Of a stretch of 64,000 nt of DNA, positions 45,008 to 55,475 are shown in pieces (the first letter of the stretch is position 1; each line of letters starts with the position of its first letter). The notes beneath the pieces were generated by a model. It was not told the origin of the DNA. It searched no databases and saw only the letters and a list, made by a program, of their open reading frames with translations. The position numbers were made by a program, and so were the translations under genes. The DNA is from Curvibacter sp. (lineage in GTDB: Bacteria; Pseudomonadota; Gammaproteobacteria; Burkholderiales; Burkholderiaceae_C): contig REAW01000013.1 in the NCBI GenBank assembly GCA_004293725.1, positions 1,037-65,036 on the forward strand, read 5' to 3'.

Positions 45008-46168
45008 ATGTCCTCCACCGACACCGCTTTGTTGACCACACCGCTCAATGCCTTGCACTTTGAGCTGGGCGCCCGCATGGTGCCGTTTGCCGGCTACTCC
45101 ATGCCCGTGCAGTACCCCGCCGGCCTGATGGCCGAACACCACCACACTCGTAACGCGGCTGGCCTGTTTGACGTATCCCACATGGGCCAACTGCGCTTGG
45201 TCGGCCCTGAGGCAGCGGCGGCTTTTGAAACGCTCATCCCCGTGGACGTGATCGACCTGGCCGTCGGCAAGCAGCGCTATGGCCTGCTGCTCACCGACGA
45301 AGGCACCATCATTGACGACCTGATGTTTTTCAATAAAGGTAACAACGAAATTTTCGTGATCGTCAACGGCGCCTGCAAGGTAGGGGATATTGCGCACATC
45401 CAACAGCGCATTGGCACCCGCTGCGATGTGATCACGATGCCCGAGTACGCGCTGCTGGCACTCCAGGGCCCCCAGGCAGTCACCGCCCTCTCCCGTCTGG
45501 CCCCAGGCGTGGAAAAATTGGTATTCATGACTGGCGGCAACTTCACGGTGGACACCGGCACACAAAAGATCGACGTGTTTTTGACCCGCAGCGGCTACAC
45601 CGGCGAAGACGGGTTTGAAATCTCCGTGCATAACGACCACGCCGAGGCGCTGGCCCGCGCGCTGCTAGCGCAGCCCGAAGTGAAGCCGATTGGCCTGGGT
45701 GCGCGCAACTCCTTGCGTTTAGAAGCCGGTCTGTGCCTGTACGGCAATGACATTGACACGACCACCACACCGGTCGAAGCCAACCTGCTGTGGGCCATGC
45801 AGAAGGTACGCCGTGCTGGTGGTGCACGCGAAGGCGGCTTCCCAGGCGCTACAAAAATACTAGCTGCTCTCGCAGATTCCACGGGCGCTACAGCACCAAA
45901 AGGCACGCGAAAGCGTGTAGGACTGATTGCGCTGGAGCGCATCCCCGTACGCGACCACACTGAGCTGCAGGACGGCGCTGGCAACAAGATTGGTGAAGTG
46001 ACCAGTGGCCTGCTCGGCCCCACCATCGACAAACCCGTGGCCATGGGTTACGTGGATGCCGCATGGGCGGCTGTAGGCAGCAAGGTGGTGGCCATCGTCC
46101 GCGGTAAACCCGTACCCATGGAGGTCAGCGCCATGCCCTTTGTGCCCACACGCTACTACCGCGGCTAA
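45008..46168 (+). CDS. gcvT: Glycine cleavage aminomethyltransferase T
   Basis: FDVSHMG, RSGYTGEDGFEI, GLGARNSLRLEAG. Confidence 0.97.
   Translation: MSSTDTALLTTPLNALHFELGARMVPFAGYSMPVQYPAGLMAEHHHTRNAAGLFDVSHMGQLRLVGPEAAAAFETLIPVDVIDLAVGKQRYGLLLTDEGTIIDDLMFFNKGNNEIFVIVNGACKVGDIAHIQQRIGTRCDVITMPEYALLALQGPQAVTALSRLAPGVEKLVFMTGGNFTVDTGTQKIDVFLTRSGYTGEDGFEISVHNDHAEALARALLAQPEVKPIGLGARNSLRLEAGLCLYGNDIDTTTTPVEANLLWAMQKVRRAGGAREGGFPGATKILAALADSTGATAPKGTRKRVGLIALERIPVRDHTELQDGAGNKIGEVTSGLLGPTIDKPVAMGYVDAAWAAVGSKVVAIVRGKPVPMEVSAMPFVPTRYYRG
45847..45910 (+). repeat. Dispersed ~60-bp element, copy 6 (inside gcvT)
   Basis: CGCTAC-AAAAATA-CTAGCTG-CTC-TCGCA-GATTCCACGGGC-GCT. Confidence 0.82.
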
Positions 46169-46258
46169 ACCACCGTGCCGGGGCGGCTAAAGTCTGTCCT
46201 GGCAGGTTCGTTTTTATTGTTAGATTCTTTTCTTAATACCCGTTTTCAGGAGTTCTCC

Positions 46259-46627
46259 ATGACCATCAAGTACACCCCCGACCACGAATGGCTCAACGTT
46301 GAAGCTGGCATCGCCACGGTGGGCATCACCCACCATGCGCAAGACGCGCTGGGCGACGTGGTGTTTGTGGATTTGCCCGAAGTGGGCGCCTCCATTGACG
46401 CCAAGGCCGTGGCCGGCGTGGTGGAGTCCGTCAAAGCCGCTGCCGACGTCTACATGCCCGTGACCGGCGAGATCACCGAAGTGAACGAAGCCCTGCGCGC
46501 CGACCCCGCACTGGCCAACACCGACCCATTGGGCGCCGGCTGGTTCTTCAAAGTCAAGCTGTCCAACCCCGCCGAACTCGACGGCCTGATGGACGAAACC
46601 AGCTACACCGCCTTCTCCGCCAGCTAA
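46259..46627 (+). CDS. gcvH: Glycine cleavage H protein
   Basis: [12 protein letters not shown] lipoyl-lysine motif; AGGAG SD. Confidence 0.97.
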   Translation: MTIKYTPDHEWLNVEAGIATVGITHHAQDALGDVVFVDLPEVGASIDAKAVAGVVESVKAAADVYMPVTGEITEVNEALRADPALANTDPLGAGWFFKVKLSNPAELDGLMDETSYTAFSAS

Positions 46628-46646
46628 ACACCTGCCCCTGCCTGCC

Positions 46647-49562
46647 ATGCCAACGACCTCTGCCCCCACCCTCGCTCAGCTGGAGAACGCCAGCGAATTT
46701 CACGCCCGCCACATTGGCATTGATGCTGCTGACGAAGCGCTCATGCTGCAGGCCATTGGCGAGACATCGCGCCGCGCACTGATCGACAGCATCGTGCCGC
46801 GCTCCATTGCGCGCTCCAGCACCATGGCAATACCAGACGCCATCACCGAGGCAGCGGCCTTGGCAGAGCTCAAGGCATTGGCGGGCAAAAACAAGGTGCT
46901 CAAAAGTTTTATTGGCCAAGGCTATTACGCCAACCACACCCCCGGCGTGATCCTGCGCAACATCTTGGAAAACCCCGCTTGGTACACCGCCTACACGCCC
47001 TACCAAGCCGAAATTTCGCAAGGCCGCATGGAAGCGCTGGTGAACTTCCAGACCATGGTGTGCGACCTGACCGGCATGCCGATTGCCAACGCCTCCATGC
47101 TCGACGAGGCCACTGCCGCGGCTGAAGCGATGACGCTGGCCAAACGCTCGGTCAAGGCCAAAGGCAATGTCTTCATCGTGGCGGGCGACGCGCATCCACA
47201 AACCATCGAAGTCATTGAGACCCGCGCTGCACCGCTGGGCATCGTGGTCAAGCTGGCCAACTCCAAGGAAGAATGGGACGCACTGATTGCCGGCGACGAC
47301 TACTTCGCCGTGCTGGAGCAGTACCCCTCCACCAGCGGCCGCCTGGGCGAGGAAGGTGACGATGTCAAAACCGTGCACCGCAAGGGCGGCGCCTACATCG
47401 TGGCAGCCGACCTGCTGGCCCTCACCCTGCTGGTTCCCCCAGGCCAATGGGGCGCTGGTGACCCCGCAGGCGCGGCCGACATTGTGGTCGGCACCACCCA
47501 GCGCTTTGGCATGCCGCTGTGCAACGGCGGCCCGCACGCCGCCTACATGGCCTGCCGTGACGAGTTCAAACGTTCCATGCCGGGCCGACTGGTGGGCGTG
47601 AGCATCGATACCCATGGCAACCCCGCCTACCGCCTGGCCCTGCAAACCCGCGAGCAACACATCCGCCGCGAAAAAGCGACGTCCAACATCTGTACAGCCC
47701 AAGTGTTGCCCGCCGTGGTGGCCAGCATGTACGCCGTGTACCACGGGCCAGAGGGCCTCAAGCGCATTGCCACTCGCGTTGCCACCCTCACGGCCATTCT
47801 GGCCAAAGGCCTGCAGCAACTGGGCGTCAACAACAGTAGCCCTGAAACCTTTGATACGCTATGCCTCAAGACGGATGGCGCTACTAAATCAATAGCTGCA
47901 CGCGCAGTATCTGCGGGCGTTAACGTGCGAATTGCTTGGGATGACTACATCTGCATCTCGCTGGATGAGACCACCACCCGCGACGATGTGGAACGGCTGT
48001 GGAGCCTTTTCGCCCAACCGGGTCAGACACTGCCAACGGTCGAAGCGCTGCAAGCCGGCGCACAACCTATGATCCCCGCTGCCCTGCGCCGCACCAGTGC
48101 CTTCTTGACCCACCCGGTGTTCAACACCCACCACTCCGAGACCGGCATGCTGCGCTATATCCGCATGCTGTCCGACAAAGATTTGGCGCTGGACCGCAGC
48201 ATGATTCCGCTGGGCTCTTGCACCATGAAGCTCAACGCCACCAGCGAGATGATCCCCATCACCTGGCCCGAGTTTGCCAACATCCACCCCTTCTGCCCCG
48301 CAGACCAACGCACCGGCTACGCCGAGTTGGACGAACAACTGCGCGCCTGGTTGTGTGCAGCCACTGGCTACGCAGGCATCAGTTTGCAGCCCAACGCGGG
48401 CAGCCAAGGCGAATACGCAGGCTTGCTGGTCATCAAGGCCTACCACGAGGCCAAGGGCCAAGGCCACCGCAACATCTGCCTGATCCCCAGCAGCGCGCAC
48501 GGCACCAACCCTGCCAGCGCCATGATGGTGGGCATGACCGTGGTCGTCACCAAGTGCGATGACAACGGCAACGTCGACATGGACGACCTCAAGGCCAAGT
48601 GCGAACAGCACAGCGCCAACCTGGCCGCCATCATGATCACCTACCCCAGCACCCATGGCGTATTCGAGACCTCGGTCAAAGAACTGTGCGCCTTGGTGCA
48701 CAGCCACGGTGGCCGTGTGTACGTCGACGGCGCCAACATGAATGCGCTGGTAGGCACCGCAGCCCCTGGCGAGTTTGGCGGTGACGTGAGCCACCTGAAC
48801 CTGCACAAGACCTTCTGCATCCCCCACGGCGGTGGCGGCCCCGGTGTAGGCCCCGTGTGCGTAGTGGCCGACTTGGTGCCCTACTTGCCCGGCCACGCCA
48901 CTGGCGGCGTTGCTGGCACAGGCGCAGTCAGCGCAGCCCCCTTGGGCAATGCTGCTGTGCTGCCCATCAGCTGGATGTACTGCCGCATGATGGGCGCTGC
49001 AGGCCTGCAGCTGGCCACAGAAACCGCCATCTTGAGCGCCAACTACATCAGCGCCCGTTTGGCCGACCACTACCCCACGCTGTACGCATCGCAAAACGGG
49101 CATGTGGCGCACGAATGCATCTTGGACCTGCGCCACTTCAAAGATACCTGCGGCGTGATGGCAGAAGACGTGGCCAAGCGCTTGATGGACTACGGTTTCC
49201 ACGCGCCCACGCTCTCCTTTCCCGTGCCCAATACGTTGATGGTGGAGCCTACCGAGAGCGAAACCCTGGCGGAGCTGGACCGGTTTATCAACGCCATGAT
49301 CGCCATCCGTCGCGAAATCGCCCGGGTTGAAAAAGGCGAATGGCCGCAGGACAACAACCCGCTGAAACACGCCCCCCACACGGCGGCCAGCTTGTTGGGC
49401 GCGGAATGGGAACGTCCGTACACCCGCGAGGTCGGCGCATTCCCGCTGGCAACGCTGAAGGCTGTGAAGTACTGGCCTTCGGTGGGCCGGGTGGACAACG
49501 TTTATGGCGACCGCAACCTGTTTTGCAGCTGCGTGCCACTCACCGAGTACGCAGAAAACTGA
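46647..49562 (+). CDS. gcvP: Glycine dehydrogenase (decarboxylating) P protein
   Basis: [29 protein letters not shown] lysine. Confidence 0.98.
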   Translation: MPTTSAPTLAQLENASEFHARHIGIDAADEALMLQAIGETSRRALIDSIVPRSIARSSTMAIPDAITEAAALAELKALAGKNKVLKSFIGQGYYANHTPGVILRNILENPAWYTAYTPYQAEISQGRMEALVNFQTMVCDLTGMPIANASMLDEATAAAEAMTLAKRSVKAKGNVFIVAGDAHPQTIEVIETRAAPLGIVVKLANSKEEWDALIAGDDYFAVLEQYPSTSGRLGEEGDDVKTVHRKGGAYIVAADLLALTLLVPPGQWGAGDPAGAADIVVGTTQRFGMPLCNGGPHAAYMACRDEFKRSMPGRLVGVSIDTHGNPAYRLALQTREQHIRREKATSNICTAQVLPAVVASMYAVYHGPEGLKRIATRVATLTAILAKGLQQLGVNNSSPETFDTLCLKTDGATKSIAARAVSAGVNVRIAWDDYICISLDETTTRDDVERLWSLFAQPGQTLPTVEALQAGAQPMIPAALRRTSAFLTHPVFNTHHSETGMLRYIRMLSDKDLALDRSMIPLGSCTMKLNATSEMIPITWPEFANIHPFCPADQRTGYAELDEQLRAWLCAATGYAGISLQPNAGSQGEYAGLLVIKAYHEAKGQGHRNICLIPSSAHGTNPASAMMVGMTVVVTKCDDNGNVDMDDLKAKCEQHSANLAAIMITYPSTHGVFETSVKELCALVHSHGGRVYVDGANMNALVGTAAPGEFGGDVSHLNLHKTFCIPHGGGGPGVGPVCVVADLVPYLPGHATGGVAGTGAVSAAPLGNAAVLPISWMYCRMMGAAGLQLATETAILSANYISARLADHYPTLYASQNGHVAHECILDLRHFKDTCGVMAEDVAKRLMDYGFHAPTLSFPVPNTLMVEPTESETLAELDRFINAMIAIRREIARVEKGEWPQDNNPLKHAPHTAASLLGAEWERPYTREVGAFPLATLKAVKYWPSVGRVDNVYGDRNLFCSCVPLTEYAEN
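47879..47942 (+). repeat. Dispersed ~60-bp element, copy 7 (inside gcvP)
   Basis: CGCTAC-TAAATCA-ATAGCTG-CAC-GCGCA-GTATCTGCGGGC-GTT. Confidence 0.82.
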
Positions 49563-49622
49563 TGTAGAAATACAGGGCGGCACTGCATTGCATGCAGCCG
49601 CACTGGCCAGGCGTGACCTGGC

Positions 49623-49833
49623 ATCGCAGCGGGAGAGCCTGGTGCCCTGAAAAGCACCAGCGCCGAAGGAGCAACCACCCCGGAAACTCTCAGGCAAAAG
49701 GACCGCTTCGATAGGGATGTTGAATCCCAGAGCACTCTGAAGAGCTGCCGTGGACTAGTCACCCGGCACACCGCAGGAGCAAGCTGTTGGCTACTTGGCC
49801 GGCGGTGAATCTCTCAGGTCTCAAACAGAGGGG
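49623..49833 (+). ncRNA. Second tandem glycine riboswitch upstream of dadA-sdaA (aptamers 49623-49712 and 49735-49833)
   Basis: GGAGAG...CGCCGAAGGAGCAA...ACTCTCAGGCAAAAGGAC, then a variant aptamer CTCTGAAGAG...CACCGCAGGAGCAA...AATCTCTCAGG...ACAGAG. Confidence 0.9.
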
Positions 49834-49905
49834 GTCGTCACCTGCACATGGTGTGCGGGTTGGCGACATCCTTGTTTGCGACTGTTCCTTGAGAGAAACT
49901 GCGTT

Positions 49906-51129
49906 ATGAAACACCTAGCCATCATTGGCGGCGGCATCACCGGCGTCACCAGTGCTTACACCCTGGCCCAAGCGGGTTACCAGGTCACCTTGATCGAAAA
50001 AAACCGCTACGCGGGCATGGAAACGTCCTATGCCAACGGGGGACAACTGTCGGCATCCAATGCTGAAGTCTGGACGCACCCCAGCACCCTTGTTAAAGGG
50101 CTGAAATGGATGTTCACCAAAGACGCCCCGCTCCTGATGAACCCCGCGCCCACCTGGCACAAGCTGAGCTGGATGGCCGAGTTTGTAGCCGCCATACCCA
50201 AGTACCGCGACAACACCGAGGCCACGACCCGCCTGGCCATTGCCGCGCGCGAGCACCTGTTTGGCTGGGCCGAAAAAGAAGGTATTGACTTCGACCACAA
50301 GCGCAAAGGCATCCTGCATATTTATCGCAACAAGGCGGGGTTTGACCACGCGGGCACGGTGTCCACCATGCTTGCCGCTGGTGGCTTGCCACGCCGTGCC
50401 GTCACCCCCGACGAAATGCGCGCGCTGGAGCCCACGCTGCAGGGCCAGTACTACGGGGGTTACTTCACCGAGAGCGACTCCACGGGCGACATCCACAAAT
50501 ACACCCATGGTTTATCGCAGGCCTGCGCCCGACTGGGGGTGAAATTTCTTTATGGCCACCAGGTGCGCAGCGCCTCTGCCAACGGCCACCATGCGGAGCT
50601 TTCGCTCGCGCACGAAGGGGGAAGTGAAACCCACACCTTTGACGGTGTCGTGGTCTGTGCGGGTGTACATGGCCGCAACATTGCGGCACAGTTGGGCGAC
50701 CGGCTCAATATCTACCCGGTGAAAGGGTATTCCATCACCGTGCATCTGAATGACGAGACCAGCCAGCAGGCCGCACCCCACATCAGCCTGTTGGATGACG
50801 AAACCAAACTGGTCACCAGCCGTTTGGGGCAAGACCGCTTCCGCGTCGCCGGCACCGCAGAATTCAACGGCATGAACCAGGACATCCGCGCCGACCGCAT
50901 CCGCCCGCTTATCCAATGGGTGAACCAATGCTTCCCCGGTGTGAGCACACGCCGCGCCGAGCCTTGGGCGGGTCTGCGCCCCATGTTGCCGAACATGCTG
51001 CCGCGCGTGGGCCGAGGCAAGCGCGCCAACGTGTTCTACAACACCGGTCACGGCCATTTGGGCTGGACGCTGTCCGCAATTACCGCGCACCAATTGGCAG
51101 GCCATGTGCAGCAGCACTTGGCAGCCTGA
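49906..51129 (+). CDS. dadA: D-amino acid dehydrogenase family flavoprotein
   Basis: GGGITG, ETSYANGGQLS, YPVKGYS, WAGLRP, GHGHLGWT. Confidence 0.9.
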   Translation: MKHLAIIGGGITGVTSAYTLAQAGYQVTLIEKNRYAGMETSYANGGQLSASNAEVWTHPSTLVKGLKWMFTKDAPLLMNPAPTWHKLSWMAEFVAAIPKYRDNTEATTRLAIAAREHLFGWAEKEGIDFDHKRKGILHIYRNKAGFDHAGTVSTMLAAGGLPRRAVTPDEMRALEPTLQGQYYGGYFTESDSTGDIHKYTHGLSQACARLGVKFLYGHQVRSASANGHHAELSLAHEGGSETHTFDGVVVCAGVHGRNIAAQLGDRLNIYPVKGYSITVHLNDETSQQAAPHISLLDDETKLVTSRLGQDRFRVAGTAEFNGMNQDIRADRIRPLIQWVNQCFPGVSTRRAEPWAGLRPMLPNMLPRVGRGKRANVFYNTGHGHLGWTLSAITAHQLAGHVQQHLAA

Positions 51130-51166
51130 CCCAAACGTTCCACACTAGCCCCAACCAGGAGCCCCC

Positions 51167-52555
51167 ATGGCAGTCTCTGTTTTCGACCTGTTCAAGATCG
51201 GTATCGGCCCCAGCAGCTCACACACCGTGGGCCCTATGCGGGCGGCACGGCAGTTTGTGGCGCGGCTGCAGCACAGCGGGGTATTGGTGCAGACCGCCCG
51301 GGTGCGCTGTTGGTTGCATGGCTCTCTGGGCGCCACTGGAAAGGGGCACGCCAGCGATGTGGCGGTACTGCTGGGCCTGTGCGGCCATGAGCCTGACACC
51401 GTAGAGGTGGACGTGATCCCTGCTTTGCTGCATGAAGTGCGATCGAGCCAACGCCTCGTGCTGGCGGGCACCCACCACATTGCCTTCCACGAGAAGGAGG
51501 ACCTGCTCTTCATGCGCGCGCCGCTCCCTTTTCACGCCAACGGCATGCGCTTTGTGGCACTGGATGCGGCGGGCAACCAACTTGCTGAGCGCATCTATTA
51601 CTCGGTAGGGGGTGGCTTTATCGTGAGCGATGAGGTGGCCGCCGACGGCACGCGGCAAAAAGTGATTGCACCCGATGCCACCGTGCTGCCCCTGCCCTTT
51701 ACCAGCGGCGACGCATTGCTGGTCTTGGCGCAGCAACACGGCCTGAGTATTGCGCAAATCATGCGGCGCAATGAGCAACACTGGCGCAGTGACGCAGAGA
51801 TTGACGCAGGGCTGCTGCGCATCTGGCAAGCGATGCAAGACTGTGTGAAGCGCGGTTGCGCGACCGACGGAGTGCTACCCGGAGGCTTCAAGGTCAAGCG
51901 CCGCGCCAAGGCCCTGCTTCAAGCCCTGACCGCCAACCCTGAACACGCACTCCGCGACCCACTGCAGGTGATGGACTGGGTCAACCTCTACGCACTCGCT
52001 GTCAACGAAGAAAATGCAGCGGGTGGCCGCGTTGTCACCGCCCCCACCAACGGCGCGGCCGGCATCATCCCCGCCGTACTCCACTACTACACACGCTTTG
52101 TGGCCGGTACTACCGATGCAGGTGTTATCGACTTTTTACTCACCGCTGCCGCCGTTGGCATTCTGTACAAAGAGAACGCCTCCATCAGCGGGGCGGAGGT
52201 CGGCTGCCAAGGGGAAGTGGGTGTGGCCTGCAGCATGGCCGCAGCCGCCCTGTGCGCGGTCATGGGTGGGACACCAGCCCAAGTGGAAAACGCCGCCGAG
52301 ATTGGAATGGAGCATCACCTGGGCTTGACTTGTGACCCCGTGGGCGGCTTGGTACAAATCCCCTGCATCGAACGCAACGCCATTGCTTCCGTCAAGGCCA
52401 TCAACGCGGCCCGCATGGCGCTGCGCGGTGACGGCAGCCACTTCGTGAGCCTGGACAAAGTCATCAAAACCATGCGCGAAACCGGCGCGGACATGAAAAC
52501 CAAGTACAAGGAAACCGCGCGGGGCGGTTTGGCCGTGAATATTGTGGAGTGTTAG
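51167..52555 (+). CDS. sdaA: L-serine ammonia-lyase (Fe-S)
   Basis: [26 protein letters not shown]. Confidence 0.97.
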   Translation: MAVSVFDLFKIGIGPSSSHTVGPMRAARQFVARLQHSGVLVQTARVRCWLHGSLGATGKGHASDVAVLLGLCGHEPDTVEVDVIPALLHEVRSSQRLVLAGTHHIAFHEKEDLLFMRAPLPFHANGMRFVALDAAGNQLAERIYYSVGGGFIVSDEVAADGTRQKVIAPDATVLPLPFTSGDALLVLAQQHGLSIAQIMRRNEQHWRSDAEIDAGLLRIWQAMQDCVKRGCATDGVLPGGFKVKRRAKALLQALTANPEHALRDPLQVMDWVNLYALAVNEENAAGGRVVTAPTNGAAGIIPAVLHYYTRFVAGTTDAGVIDFLLTAAAVGILYKENASISGAEVGCQGEVGVACSMAAAALCAVMGGTPAQVENAAEIGMEHHLGLTCDPVGGLVQIPCIERNAIASVKAINAARMALRGDGSHFVSLDKVIKTMRETGADMKTKYKETARGGLAVNIVEC

Positions 52556-52706
52556 ACGGCACGGAGAGGCTGGCTGGCGGGAACACACCATTGCGTCCCC
52601 CTTGGTCAAATCTGGCAATACCCCCCAAGCGGCCCTAGCTTTTGCGTCCTTCCTACAATGATCTCCACTTGAACCACAAGCTCCGATCACTCGTGAGGTT
52701 TTACCC

Positions 52707-53330
52707 ATGACGCAACAACTGACCCTGACCTATTTCGATTTTCACGGTGGCCGGGGCGAACCCGCCCGATTGGCATTCGCTGTGGGCGGTATCCCATTTG
52801 ACGACAAACGCTTTGCCTACCCGGAATTTGCCGAAATCCGCAAGACGACCCCGTTCGGCCAGGTCCCCACTTTGCATGTGGACGGACAGTTGGTCACCCA
52901 AAGCGATGCCATCACCCGTTACGTGGGCAAGCTTGCCGGCCTCTACCCGGCAGACCCCTACCAGGCCCTGCTATGTGATGAAGTGCTGGGTGTTGTGGAA
53001 GATGCCAACAACTGCCTGCAACCTACCTTCGGCTTGAAAGGTGATGCGCTCAAGACCGCGCGCTCCGCCTTGGCCGAGGGACCGCTCCCGATGTACCTGC
53101 GCTGGATGCAGGCCGCTTTGGACGCACGGGGCGGACAGTTTTTTGCCGATGGCCGGCTCACGGTCGCCGACCTGAAGGTGTTTGTGTATGTACGCGGCCT
53201 CAACTCGGGTCGCTTGGACCACATTCCTAGTGATTTGGTGCAAACCGTCGCTCCGCGACTCAATGACCACGCCCTGCACATAGCCCAAACACCGGCCATT
53301 GCGGCCTACTACGCACGCCTCACCCAGTAG
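52707..53330 (+). CDS. Glutathione S-transferase (sigma-like)
   Basis: LTYFDFHGGRGEPARL, PFGQVP, QSDAI.RY, LTVAD. Confidence 0.9.
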   Translation: MTQQLTLTYFDFHGGRGEPARLAFAVGGIPFDDKRFAYPEFAEIRKTTPFGQVPTLHVDGQLVTQSDAITRYVGKLAGLYPADPYQALLCDEVLGVVEDANNCLQPTFGLKGDALKTARSALAEGPLPMYLRWMQAALDARGGQFFADGRLTVADLKVFVYVRGLNSGRLDHIPSDLVQTVAPRLNDHALHIAQTPAIAAYYARLTQ

Positions 53331-53374
53331 TTTCATCCCTTCCCGCGTGCCCTAACACGCCAGCCGTCAATCCC

Positions 53375-54400
53375 ATGGACTCTTTATCGCAATTGGCACT
53401 TGGTGCCAGCATTGGCGTTGCCCTTATGGGGCGCCGAACCGCTGTTTGGAAAGCGGCCCTGTGGGGCGGCATCGTCGGCACGCTGCCAGACCTGGATGTG
53501 TTGTTGGACCATGGAGATGCGGTCCTCAACATGGTCTTGCACCGGGGACACTCCCACGCGCTGCTGTGGACCTCGCTGGGCGGCGCGCTAATAGGGCTGC
53601 TCGCAGCACGAGTGCACAACGAATGGCACCTTCGAGGGCGCTGGGCGCTGGCCCTGTTCGCGGCCATGGCGACGCACCCGCTGCTCGATGCCCTGACCAT
53701 ATACGGCACGCAACTGTTGCAGCCATTTACCGACGAGGCCTATGGCGTAGGCAGCATGTTCATCATAGACCCGCTGTACACCCTGCCCTTGCTCGCCGGT
53801 GTGGTCATTGCGTTGTGCCGCTCTGCCTATGCGGGCCTGCGTTGGAACGGCTCTATGCTGGCGTTGAGTACCGCCTACCTGGCTTGGAGCATGGTGGCAC
53901 AAGCTTGGGCGACCGTACATGTACAGCGTTCGCTCGTGGCCCAGGGCTTGCAGCCTGAGGCGTTGTTGGTAACTCCGGCGCCCCTGAACACCCTGCTGTG
54001 GCGCGCGGTAGCGGTCCAAGGTGATCACTACTACGAGGGCTATTACGCACTTCTGGATGGAAACCGTCCAGTGCGCTGGGTACAGCACGCCCGGGGGCAA
54101 GACTTGATGAAAGCCCATGGTGACCACCCCCATGTGCAACGCATGCTGCGATTCACCGACGGGCTGATGCGCTTGCAGACGAAGGATGGCCACCTGTGGG
54201 TGACCGACCTGCGCATGGGGCAAGAGGGTGCCTATGTGTTTGACTTTGACTTGGGGCAGCCAGTGACTCAGGGTCAGACTCCCCCCCCAGCGGTGCAATA
54301 CTCAGCCCGTCCCGCCCTGGGAGAAAGCTTGCGCTGGTTGTGGGCCCGGATGTGGGGGGCCGACTTGCCCGCGCTGGGTGGCCCTACTCCGCAAAGCTAA
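53375..54400 (+). CDS. YdjM-like membrane-bound metal-dependent hydrolase
   Basis: MDSLSQ, LPDLD, HRGHSH, HPLLDALTIYG, IIDP. Confidence 0.88.
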   Translation: MDSLSQLALGASIGVALMGRRTAVWKAALWGGIVGTLPDLDVLLDHGDAVLNMVLHRGHSHALLWTSLGGALIGLLAARVHNEWHLRGRWALALFAAMATHPLLDALTIYGTQLLQPFTDEAYGVGSMFIIDPLYTLPLLAGVVIALCRSAYAGLRWNGSMLALSTAYLAWSMVAQAWATVHVQRSLVAQGLQPEALLVTPAPLNTLLWRAVAVQGDHYYEGYYALLDGNRPVRWVQHARGQDLMKAHGDHPHVQRMLRFTDGLMRLQTKDGHLWVTDLRMGQEGAYVFDFDLGQPVTQGQTPPPAVQYSARPALGESLRWLWARMWGADLPALGGPTPQS

Positions 54401-54421
54401 GCCCGAAAGCGGGCCAGCGCC

Positions 54422-55333
54422 TCACTGGTTTTTTGTCGCGCCTTTTGCTTTGCGTTCTTGGGCCAAATCGTCCCAAAGGGCTCGATCTTGTAGCGGCGTC
54501 TCTGCAGACAGCGTAGGGTTGGGGATTCTGAACAATCGGCGCCCCGAAAGATCCAAGCCTTGCAAAGTCTCCCGCTTGAAGGCCCGATACCGTTTATCGA
54601 AGTCTCCATTCTTACGCAGCATGTCTAATCCTTCTTCAACCCGTTGGGCATAGCGCTCACCTTCAGGAGTGCGTGCAAAGAAGAAATAACGGGGCAATGG
54701 GTAGTACAGCAACAGAGACTTCTCCACCACCATGCTGGGGTACTTCTCTTTGTACTCTTGGTGCTCCTTGCTTATTTCGTTGACCCCACGGGAGAACAAC
54801 TCAAAACGCCCCAAAGCCAGCATCTGAAAGAGCCCCTCGTAGGTGCTGCCACTCTCTACGGTCAACCCCGCATTGCGCAAAATTTGCGCATCAATCCATG
54901 CGGCTCCCTGGCCAATGCGGTACTGCTTGAGATCATCCAGAGTACGCACGGTACGCAACTGCTCTTGCAAGTATTCCTGAGTCAAAAACAAGCGGTAACC
55001 CGTCAACCCTTTGTCCAGCGGAATGCGCACGGGCAGCAATACCCGCTCGCGCTCGGCACTGGTGGTGCGAACAATCAGCGTGATTTCGGACTCACTGGCC
55101 AGCAGTATTTGGGACCGGTCAGCATTCATCAGAACTGGACTGGTCCCCAAGCTGTAGGGCCCCCACTTACGTGAAGTCACCTTTAGCGCTGCATCCAACA
55201 AATCCCAGTAGTAAGCGAGCCGCTTGTCGGAGCCACCTTCTGGCGGCGGGTAGACGTAACGCATGGGCTCCACTGCCCCCGCGATCGTGCCCAGAAAAAT
55301 CAGGATGAAACCCACAATCCAACGGCGCAGCAT
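54422..55333 (-). CDS. Periplasmic binding-protein-fold protein
   Basis: Signal peptide; PVRIPLDKGLTGYR, GQGAAWID..IL, MLALGRFELFSRG, LYYPLPRYFF. Confidence 0.75.
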   Translation of the reverse strand: MLRRWIVGFILIFLGTIAGAVEPMRYVYPPPEGGSDKRLAYYWDLLDAALKVTSRKWGPYSLGTSPVLMNADRSQILLASESEITLIVRTTSAERERVLLPVRIPLDKGLTGYRLFLTQEYLQEQLRTVRTLDDLKQYRIGQGAAWIDAQILRNAGLTVESGSTYEGLFQMLALGRFELFSRGVNEISKEHQEYKEKYPSMVVEKSLLLYYPLPRYFFFARTPEGERYAQRVEEGLDMLRKNGDFDKRYRAFKRETLQGLDLSGRRLFRIPNPTLSAETPLQDRALWDDLAQERKAKGATKNQ

Positions 55334-55475
55334 GCCTTGTCACTCCTCGTTGTACTGCCAAAAACTCCATGGCATTTGTCTAATGTCATGAGCATAGCGC
55401 AGTGATGTGTCGATTTGACTGACAGATCCTTGCCCAAAACCCCGAGAGGTGATTTGCGCAGACTCAACGCGTCGG

